64,000 nt of DNA, taken from assembly GCA_050084985.1 (NCBI GenBank), contig JBITNC010000001.1:170066001-170130000 (forward strand). Reading direction: 5' to 3'. This document shows, piece after piece, positions 1-9,902 of the stretch. Every line of letters begins with the position of its first letter. Position 1 is the stretch's first letter. The notes beneath the pieces were generated by a model, which had not been told where the DNA came from, did no database searches, and saw only the letters and a list, made by a program, of their open reading frames with translations. The stretch comes from Nageia nagi. Lineage: Eukaryota > Plantae > Pinophyta. The position numbers were made by a program, and so were the translations under genes.

Positions 1-224
1 CAATCTCTTTTTAATTAACATGATCTCTCCAGTTAACAAGGAATCTTAAAGACTCCCATTATTATATACTTCTTCCCAAACCAGGCAATTATGGTTCTTA
101 TGCCACTTCTCTCAAAGTTGACACAATTTCTTCTTTTACTTTACTAACAAAAAGACAAAATAATCTGAATCCCTCCATATTTACCTTCTGAACACATAAT
201 TCCAATTAAATGCCTTCGGTAACG

Positions 225-510
225 AAACTAAATAATACTACTCTTTCACTGTTAAACCTCAACCTAAATTTCAGTTAAAAACATCCAGTAAAGAAACCAG
301 ATGATACTACTTTTCAAAACCTGACTTTGCTCCATTAAAGAAACCAAACAATACTACTTTTCCAAAATTAAACCTCGAAATCTATTGTTCCACTAAATAC
401 AGAAACTAAAAGATGCTATTTTTCCAGAATTAAACTCCATAACCTAATTTTCAGTTCAATACCTTCAAGAAAAGTCTGATTAATACTACTTTTCCAAGAC
501 CTCTAAAACC
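225..510. repeat. Degenerate ~60-bp tandem repeat in the putative intron
   Basis: Motif ATACTACTTTT(C)CA(A/G)AA...AAACC recurs at ~233, 303, 350, 412 and 482. Confidence 0.45.
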
Positions 511-578
511 TAAAATTCTTTCAATTTCAGCACAAAAACCTTCTTTCTTCTCTCTTTAATCCAAAAATATTACTCTAC

Positions 579-908
579 CTGCGAATGAGTCTCGGTCTCC
601 GGCAGAAGCACGTATCCATTTTCAGAACTATTATGTTTTTCATCTCCATGCTTCTGGCTTCCATCGGACAAAGCTCTAACAGAAAAATCCGCGCCACTAA
701 AACTGAATTCACCGCAATTAACGTGAACTGCTCGACGATCCTTGACTCTTTCGCCCTTTCGAAGTTCGATCCCGCGCAAAATCTCTCTTTTGAACACACA
801 ATTATTTTCTTCCGGAAAATTTCTGTGAGCAACTGATCGTTTAATATCCAACGGATTACACAAACTCCCTGTCACAACCTCTGCTGATAAGAGTCTACAG
901 GCCGCCAT
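579..908 (-). CDS. Probable first coding exon of a host gene, likely plastid-targeted (product not identified); the gene continues off the left edge
   Basis: ATG at 908 in a good context (GCAATGGCG). Open frame MAACRLLS...VRA..., resembling a transit peptide. CpG-rich compared with the surroundings. Phase-0 donor CAG|GTAGAG at 578, followed by T-rich intron-like sequence on the minus strand. Confidence 0.6.
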
Positions 909-1191
909 TGCTGTTTTTCTTCCGATTCTTCAACGGATTTGAGGGTTTAGATGTGGAAAGATCGCAGAATCTATCTGATTGTAGGAATGTTTTTGTTAAG
1001 TTAGAAGTGAGGAATTCCAGACAAAAGTTAAAGGAGATTTGATATTAAGATTGAAAAATTAATACAAATTATCAAAAATGATAAATATAGGAATTATTTT
1101 TTTCACCATTCATCTTCGGTAGAAAATATAGTACCAATAAGAAAAGGAATTCGAATAATCGAACTTTATCGACTTTGAAAAAAAAGGATAT

Positions 1192-1242
1192 TTATCCTCT
1201 ACCTATCATGGACAGTAGTTATCTTCTACCTATCATGGACAG
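1192..1242. repeat. 27-bp-period tandem duplication upstream of the left gene
   Basis: TTATC(C/T)TCTACCTATCATGGACAG at 1192-1215 and 1219-1242. Confidence 0.85.
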
Positions 1243-1419
1243 ATTTATAGGGAGTCAATGGGTCTGAAATATTCTCTTTCTGTATTGGTTGTAAAGATAT
1301 AATTATGTTTTATTTTTTAAGTATGATTAATTTAAAATAACATTCATCAATGTTTAATTTTTTTTTTTTTAAATATTTTTCCATGTTATTTAATATGTTA
1401 ATTTTTTAATGAAATAGAT

Positions 1420-2250
1420 TTTTTTGAGGTTTGATTAATAAGATCATTATATGATATGATAATATTTTTTCATGAAGTATGGTGATCACAAAGAAGATAT
1501 GAGATAAGTTTTCTCAAAAAAATAGAGAATCTTGAATTTTAATCAACTCAAAGAAAATTATACTTAATGTAGTAAAAGATAAATTATTGGGCCACATTAT
1601 TGCAAAGGGAAGGTACTTTTACTGATCTCAAAAGACTAGAGACTCTAAATAAAATAATTCTTCATACAAGCAAGAAAGTAGTATAATACTTCATTAATAA
1701 AGATATCTTTTTAAAGAGGTTTATTCCCATTTTGTAGGAATAATGTATCCATTGTGTAAGATAATGAGTTTAAATGGTTAGACAGAGTTTAAAATGCTTT
1801 TAGAAATCATGATTTCTATTATCATTTTTTATTGCAAAAAATATATTATTTTATCATAAATGACTATAATTTAATCAACCTATCTAGGCTTTAATTGCAT
1901 TTGACCATGATATACCATTATTTTTATCTAAATGAATAAACATTATCATCCAATAGATGGAAATAGGCTCACGGGCATCGAAAATTCTAATTACCAAGCC
2001 CAAAGGTGGGACAGTTAGTTGAATATATGCCTCTCATTCAATCTACTAATTCTAATAGGATGATGGTGTGTATCAAAAATCATTAATTTGATCGAGAGGA
2101 TGGTGGTGCATGGAGTCTTATGACTTTCATCGTAAGGGTCTTGACACACAACATTTTTTCCCTGGTAGAGCAAGACTAAAAGTCCTTGGGAGGGAAAATC
2201 CATGCTCTAAAGGAACCAAGATGCACATACTTTATTATCGCAAGGCTTTC
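1420..2250 (+). mobile_element. Highly degraded Ty3/gypsy pol remnant
   Basis: Translation near 1585 gives LLGHIIAK.G...D.KRLE, similar to the RT motif FLGHIVSK.G...DP.K.EA. KSPWEG near 2180 resembles the integrase C-terminal GPY/F region. Confidence 0.4.
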
Positions 2251-2309
2251 CATAACTTATAATTCATAACTACAGCTTACATCATATATTATGGGCTTAA
2301 AGAAAGTAA

Positions 2310-2760
2310 TATGGGAGGAGATCAAGTCACGACAAAGCCCTCAACACTCAAGCTAGATGAAGAGATCGCTCATATTTTGGAGAAGATGGGATTGTTTTCT
2401 TTAAAAAAAAAAATTATGATGAGAATATTTCTATCCAAGTTGTTGAAACATGGGATGAGATAGAGGTGGTAGTGAATAGAGTTCCATTCACCATATTGGA
2501 GAAAATGATCTTAGAGGTTTTAGGATTTTCAAATAAATGTGAAGCCATTGTTCATGAAAAACCTAGCTAGGAAAGCCAAGTAGCTTAATTTCTCAAAGAG
2601 GATGAAACTTTCTATTGGATGCAATTTGGAATTGCTTGGGAGTCTTTACCCAAGCCATGGGATAAGGTGGTAGTGCTTGAAGGGAACTTTAGAAGAATCT
2701 AATGATAAAATTTAGTTATTCTTAATTCCAAAAGAAATGGAGAGAAAGTAAACATATGAT
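2310..2760 (+). pseudogene. Degraded retroelement accessory ORF downstream of pol
   Basis: MGGDQVTTKP...YDENISIQVVETWDEIEVVVNRVPFTI...LPKPWDKVV.LEGNFRRI, with stops and frameshifts. Similar to the ORF at 50180-51640. Confidence 0.45.
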
Positions 2761-3372
2761 CCAATCAAGGTCAGGTTCATGATTTAGGATGCTCAACCTT
2801 GCAACTTAAAATATTCACCCAAGATCATGAATGCCAAATATTAAGACCAACCATATAGATACTTCATATTAATTTTACCAATAGGCTTACATAATAAAAA
2901 TAAATACATTGGAATAAGAATTTATTCACCATCAATCCTCTCCCAAATTAGCCCTTTTGGTTGTACACACTCCTTTTCACATCTCTTATCCTCTACTTTA
3001 TTTCTTTATATAAAATAATTCCAATTTTAAATTTAGTTTATCTCTCTTAAATAAGAAAGTTATTCTATTTTTAATTACATGTTGATTTTAGAATACATGA
3101 TTCTATTTTTATTAACTTGGTTTTATTTTACTCACTCTAACTAAGATGTTATTCAAAAATGGGCATGCAACACATATAATATGGACAATATGATAGTCAA
3201 TAATGTGCTTAAGGCATGCAACCCAAAATTAGTTGCTTGGATGCTCTTGCATCAGATTCCCCATATAGAAAAAAAAATATGATCTCATTCTCACATGTAT
3301 CAGGAACTCTTCAATTTGAATTTTCTTCTTCCAACTAATCATTATATCATTATCTTTGCCTCTTGGGATTTG

Positions 3373-4090
3373 TGACGTAGATTCACTACAAGAGATCAAC
3401 AATGCCTTCCAAGGTAATTATAGTAAGATTTTAAATCAAACAAAATAACCAAAAAAATAAATAAACCTCTCCAAATTATGTTCTTTATTATTTTGAATCT
3501 ACACTAACTCCTCCAAGAGGATTACAATCCACTTATATCGAAAACTACCTACTCATACTTACTTTTTTTAGTAAGTTCACTATTTAGAAATAGGACTTAT
3601 TATTATTATAAAGCCTAGAATTAGCTTAGATGAGGCCCAAATCAAATTGATGCATCTATTACCCAATACAAGCAACTTTTCCAAAATAATATCCCTAAAC
3701 TAACATTACACCCAAAAGCTATTAAAATTCAAACACTAAAAAAATATAGAAAATAATCTTAAAAGTTGAATTCAAACCACAGGATGATCTCTTAAGGCCC
3801 CAAAAAAGTATCTAGAAAAACCAAGATCCTTTAACAAGATCTTATAGAACTATAAAAATTTCAATTATGCATGGATTGAAAAAAATGGGCTCAAATGGAT
3901 ACCCGAATCAAAAGTTATGAACCCAATAAGGTGCATCATTCTCCTCTGGTTGGAAAAACTCAGCTCCTATGAGTTCTATTGATTGAATGTTTGTAACTTA
4001 TCATTGTCAAACATTTGTAGTTTGGCCTCTAAAACCCAATTGTTATCTACCTAGAGTGACCCTTCCCATTGTACCAAGAAGAATTTTTTT
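3373..4090 (-). mobile_element. 3' end of a chromovirus (CRM-like) Ty3/gypsy element: chromodomain remnant, PPT and LTR (3373-3938)
   Basis: Minus strand reads FFLVQWEG...NNWV (chromodomain-like), then the purine tract AACCAGAGGAGAA, then TGATG at 3938. The other terminus reads CGTCA at 3373 (TGATG/CATCA-type ends). A second PPT+TGATG junction lies at ~3254. Confidence 0.55.
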
Positions 4091-4779
4091 TAACCATTAT
4101 TTATAACAATTTTGCTATTTTTCAAATTTCAATTTTTTTATAATTTAAATGATTTAAAAATAGCCAAATATTTATTATTATGAATTTTTACTTAAAATCA
4201 ATTGACCAAAAATAGATAATTATTTTAAAAATAAGAACCCCAAATAAACAACCCCAAGAATATGAGAAATATAGGAATAGCCAAGAAATTATAATAAAAA
4301 ATAATCCCTATCATGAAATAACTAAAATATTATAATCATAATTTTATGATGCTCTAAGAATAGCCAAAATTTCATATACATTTCATAGATTAAAGTTAAC
4401 AATGTGACCAAATTTCATAGTCAACATGGGTTCTACCACCTGGGATTAAAATGTTTCCTCCACTTAGGAAGCCTAAACACTAAAATTGAAAGCCTAAAAG
4501 TTACATGATGGGAAAATTCCAAAAATTCACTTTTCTTAGAAATTTAGACCTCGAAATTCGTAACTCAAGACCTCAAAATCCTAAGTGAAACATTCTTTCT
4601 GAGATATGTAGTTACAGGCCCACCTCTATATTTGGCGGCACACCTTTATAGTTGCAAGCCCACATGAAGATAAACTACATTTTCTTCATTATTTTTAATG
4701 TGATTTCTACAATTTTTTCATTATTGTTTGCCACAACTTCAAGAACTACAAACATTTCACTTTTTTTTTTTTTCATTTA

Positions 4780-5360
4780 TGTCCACTATTATGGTTAGAA
4801 ATGATTAGTAAACATGTATGCAAATTATAGGGGCATAGAGATGGCATGCAATATGTTTGATAAGATGTCATGATACAAATGTAGTTTCATATATTATAAT
4901 GTTTGAAGGATTATAAGATATACATAAAATGAAATTTTCTACATAGACTCTAAAGACTATTGAGTAGACATAGTTATCAAATGTAAAGTCCAACTTTATA
5001 GCCTTTACACAATATTAGGGAAGGCACGTGAATTAGTTTATGAAATGCATAATGCAAACGAAGCTTCATGGATTGTAATGTTTATACAATATACACAAAA
5101 TAGTATGATTCTAATGATTCTTAAGTAGATGTAATAATTTGGTGTAAATCCAACTCTACAACCTTTGCATAGTGTATACAACGCATAGATAAGTTATACA
5201 AAATATTTGACAACATGTAGTATGCAAATACAATATTATGGAATGCATTTTCATAAGTTATGCACAACATGGGTTCTATGAGATAGCTCTAGAATATTTA
5301 AATAAGATACAATAATTAGATGTAAAATCAAATTGTATAGTCTTTTCCTGCATTCTCCCA
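4780..5360 (+). pseudogene. PLS-class PPR gene fragment
   Basis: NMYANY..IEMACNMFDKM..NVVS; GKARELVYEMHNANEASWIVM..YTQN; IFDNM..NTILWNA..YAQHGFYEIALEYL.KIQ..DVKSN.IVFSCILP. Many stops. Confidence 0.75.
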
Positions 5361-5479
5361 AAGTATAACACTACAAAAGCTCTAAAAATAGGTATGAATA
5401 CCTATTTACAGATATAGCATTCCTCAACCAAACCATAATAAATTCACTTTTCCTAATCTACATGACCAATTAACTTTAT

Positions 5480-6820
5480 TATATTTTAAGCAACAAGGAT
5501 CATTATTTTCTAATAGCCAAATTGTATTGAGGAGATGAAAAAGCCATAGAATTATATAGAACAAAAAATTCATTCTCTTGCAAATCAAAACAATTCGATG
5601 AAAGAGCTTGTAGCTTTGTTTTGCTCTCTTATAGAAAAAACAAAATTATGTATTGGGAAAGTAGTCAATTATTTCATTCATAAAATTTCACACATTTTGT
5701 ACTTTTAAATGTGAGCAGGTGAACATGGAGATTGCTAGAAGAATCTTAGAGTTAAAATGTAATCTACAACATATTTTTCATCAATATAACTTAATTTTAT
5801 TTTATCCAATTTGTCTTAAAATAATAAATGGTACATTCGATTTTGTTTTGAAAGGAATTAGTGAAAGGTGATATGACAAATGAAGAAAAAGAAGCAATAC
5901 TAGTAAATTTTGTAAATGATATTTTTTCTAAGGTGATAATCAACATATTATGTTTCTTATTTTCTTATCAATGATTCAAACAATTACAACTATAGATTAT
6001 TGCCTTGTTCATATCTATTTTTCTTAATTTTCTTTTAGATAAATCACATAGGTTAAACATGATTTGTTTGATGAGTTAGTTATAGAAATACTAGAAGAAA
6101 TTTATATAGATCAAGAGGAAGTTGATATAACGTTATAAAATTTGGAACAAGATAATGCAAGAGAGCAAGGTTAGTTTGTTGATTGCTTTAAGCCAAAAAA
6201 GGATTAATTATAACTTGAAGTGATAGTATAGAAATTTGAGAATAATGTTATTGATATAAAATTATTTCACAGGTTTCATGGGTAGTCCACAAGAAGATGA
6301 TCTGATGGTTAGTTCACAAGAAGATGATACAACTCCAAAAAAATTAGAACAAGCTGATATAACAAAGCAAGGTTTTTTTGCTAATTGCTTAAAGTCGACA
6401 TGGATGACTTATAGCTTGAAATAAAGTATAAAAATTTGATAACAACATTATTGATATAAAATTGTTTCACAGGTTTGATGGGTAGTTCACTCGTTCTTTT
6501 AAAAGTTTAAGAAAATAAGAAAAATAGAAAAACTTTGGATTCTTATTTCAACAAGCCACAAAATTATGGATCAAAAAAGAGGAAAGTTTCAACCACAAGT
6601 ACTTTATAGTAAATACAAATTTTTATAAGTATGCTAAAATCTAGAGCAATATCCCTTGGTTGTTGCAAGCTTCGTTGTTTTCCCTTTTGTCTCTCTACAA
6701 TTAATTTGAAGTTAGAAACTATTTTTTCAAACTAGAGAGCCACCTTTGTGATTGGAAATCATCATTGAGGTCTCTATTGTTGATATCCATCAAGAATTTA
6801 TACATGTAGATGAAAATAAT
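5480..6820 (+). pseudogene. Probable 5' exons of the hAT-like transposase gene, interrupted by the copia at 6821
   Basis: Exon-intron-like structure (AAG|GTT...TTTCACAG|G twice). The reading frame continues across the copia TSD: IHQEFIHVDENN|YAQLAFDNEQ. Confidence 0.45.
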
Positions 6821-7277
6821 TGTTAGAATTTGTAATGAAATATTATGAATATCTAAACTCCTTGTAAATTCAATTAATCACTTAAAGGATATGTAGATAC
6901 CTTAAGGGATTAATTGAATTCTTTATTATGTAGACTTTGACTTTACCATGTGGTTAGTTGGTAGGTTAAAGTTAGATGATACATTTATTGTAACCCTAAC
7001 CTTACCCTTGGGTTAAAGGGAGGTTAGGGAGGTGCTCTTAAGCTATAAATAGAGGGCCTCTCCTCTTGTAACATAACTAAGTTTTTGGAGTAAGATTACT
7101 CTACTAGTTGTGTAGGAGAGAAAGAGAATTGTTGTAAGAAGTGCATAGATTGAGAATTGAGAACTAGTTGTGGATGTACTCCCAAGGAGAGAGGAACCAC
7201 ATTATATTTGTGTTATGTTGAATGGTTGAGTTTCCTAGTCTTGGACCTTGAGGATTAGAGTAGATCTAAATCCTTCA
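6821..7277 (+). repeat. 5' LTR of the copia element
   Basis: TGTTAG...CCTTCA. TATAAAT at 7044-7050. I counted 6 substitutions against the 3' LTR. Confidence 0.97.
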
Positions 7278-7279
7278 AT

Positions 7280-7291
7280 TGGTATTAGAGC
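7280..7291 (+). promoter_or_regulatory. Primer binding site (tRNA-iMet)
   Basis: TGGTATTAGAGC, one C>T change from the canonical TGGTATCAGAGC, 2 nt after the LTR. Confidence 0.9.
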
Positions 7292-7370
7292 TTGGTGTGG
7301 AAGCTCTTCTTCTTGGTGTGGAAGCTCTTCTTCTTGGTGTAGAAGCTCTTTTTGGTGTGGAAGCTCTTAT
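7291..7370 (+). repeat. ~21-bp tandem repeat (4 copies) immediately after the PBS
   Basis: CTTGGTGT(G/A)GAAGCTCTTCTT repeated. Confidence 0.85.
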
Positions 7371-9902
7371 TCCTTCAATTTTAAGGTCTTGGTGAGGTAA
7401 ATTCCAAGAGAAGGTATAAATTTCCTCCTCCTTTGGTTATCTTATGAATTATTTCATTTTGATACTAAAATTCTTTTATGATTATGTTAGTTTAACTCTT
7501 AGCAAACATTGCCTCAATAACATAATATATTATTGCTCATTTTGTTTGTTCTACTAACAATCTTTTATGTTAAGTGATTGGGCAATAATACATTATGCCA
7601 AATTTGCAATTTGTATACTAACATTTTTTTTATTAGTTGCAATATTGCTATTGTTTTTTCTTTTACATACCTTTTATTCCTTTGGTATTAAGAGGTCTTT
7701 ATTCCTTTTATTCCTTTGGTATTAAGAGGCCTTTATATGATCAAAATGGCAATAATATGTTATAGTTAAAATTGATTTGTTCTTATGACACTAACACATT
7801 TTGAACTATGTGTTAACTTTTTTGTTATTTGCAAAATATGGGTAATTTTTTTTACTATCCTCTAGTAAACATGTTTAAGTGGTTAGTATATAGAAATAAC
7901 ATATTGTAAGCCCTTTATTAAAAAGGGTGTATTTTTCTTTAATATCTATATGATGAGAGCCATACAAAATGATTTTACAATTTTTTTTAATTACATCTCT
8001 CATCATAGTTATTTCATAGCTTCAAAAGGGGGAAAGGTATTTAAAACCAATCAAATAAAGATTTTTTTTAATCAATTTATACATCAATAAAACATATAGT
8101 TATTAACATTTTTATATATAAAAAAAAATTATTATATATAAAACTTTAGGGGGTCAAATAAAATGGTACGTTGAAAGGGTCTGCAAATTATTTGCTATTT
8201 ATTACCATGGAAACGTAGACGGGGGAGATCTGGGATAACCCATTAAATCCTCTATGCTCCAACCTTCATTTCTATCCCTCCCTTAGTGGCCCTCTTGTTT
8301 CTCTTCAGCCTCTATTTGGTAGCAGGTAGAGTCCCAAACCCACTATCCTCTTTGTGGCCCCTCTACCGCTCCTACTTGCTTGTCCTCCCTACAGTGTGGT
8401 TGAAATATTAATATTGGGTGGGGTGCACCAGGCTCATGTAGTAGTGCAATGCAGTAGCGACACTCGAGAACCGTGGTAGCAAGCTACCGAATGGATTCTT
8501 CCCCGACCCTTATCATCTTCACGGTTGGGATGGTCAACAGCCGTCTGGCCGCCCCACGTGTCTTACCGCCTCCACCGCCCTCCGCCCAGCCTCTCAACCT
8601 CCACGCGGCTTAAACATGGCCACCTTTCCATATTTTTCAAACATAAGTTGTTGAGTCTTTAATTTTTTTTACCAACTACGAAGGGGGTTTGACTTTTTAT
8701 GTCTAGGTCTAAATTAACCATTTAAGGGATTTTACCTAAGTCTTTTTTAAGTATTTCATGTTTCCTCAAAACCTATGCTATTTTTAAGTAAACAAAGGAA
8801 ATATTTACTTAAAAATGCATACTTCACAGACCAATTTTAGCATACACGTTTTTAGGGATACCACATTACGTGAAAAGGAGGGAAGAACCATCCTTAATAG
8901 ACATTTTTTAGCATCCACGTTTTCGAACTTTAAGTAAAAAAGGGGGAATTTGTATAATTTTTTACTTAAATCTTTATCTAGATCTTGCATGCTAAATTTA
9001 TAATGCATGCCTCTTAACTTTGTTAGGAATAAAGCATGCTTAGTACTTAAAATTTTAAGTTAAATAATGAATGATGCATGTTTATTACTTAATTTTAAGT
9101 CATGGAATAATACATGTTTAAGTTATGGATTAATGCTAAGTAGGACTTAGCCTTTTTAAAAAATTCATTATTTATGAACTTGATCAAAGTATGCGAAATG
9201 TAAAAAGTCCTTTAGGGGTTAGTACAAAACCCATTGGACTCTTAAGGTTTCAAGTTCGTGTGGATGAAGTATTTTTACTTTACTTTATATTTTTGCACAA
9301 TTGCTTTATACTTGCAAAATGCAAAATATTGAAAGTAACCCCTAAAATGAACACATCTGCATGTATTTTTCCACAACATGACTTGTTTGGGGAGCCACGA
9401 GGTGAGGATAGGGTAGACTGGAGCCTTTTTAGTCTGAAGAACCAAGTGGTGGTAAGTTCGTCTTAATTGCCCCTAAGACCTCTGTTGGATTGGACATAAC
9501 TCTATTAGGTGGACAGGCATGTGTGTAGTGATACCACATGTCCGCACGTCCATTCAGGGATTATCTTGATAACCTAGGAGGAAAACTGAAAACCTTAAAA
9601 AGATAATTAAAATGGTCGGTCCAAGATACGTCGGATCCTTGGAAAATAGTTGGTACTTCTCCTTATGAGAGTATATTACTGACCAAGGTGAACTGGTTGA
9701 GGACTGGTAGTACCTGGGCTCCGCCTTACAGGCATCCAAGTGAAGGCCTAATTCTATACAAGAAAACAACCTCAACTTTATCCTTCTATAGATCTTGGTT
9801 TATAAGTTTGCACATGTGGGACATGTTTACTTATGTTTGATTTGTATAGATGGTAAATTGTAAAAATTTTCATTCTTATTGTATATTTACTTTTGTGTAG
9901 CA

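Noticed and set aside
6991-7030. Telomere-like TAACCCTAAC/GGTTAGGG
   Set aside because: Only 1-2 units, forming a hairpin inside the LTR. It is not a telomeric array or a telomerase template.
9430-9465. Hammerhead-like CTGAAGA followed by a stem
   Set aside because: There is no GAAA after stem II and no consistent stems I and III.
9841-9900. Possible ATG micro-exon (TAG|ATG|GTAAAT)
   Set aside because: The following intron would be only 48 nt and the ATG would be out of frame with gag.
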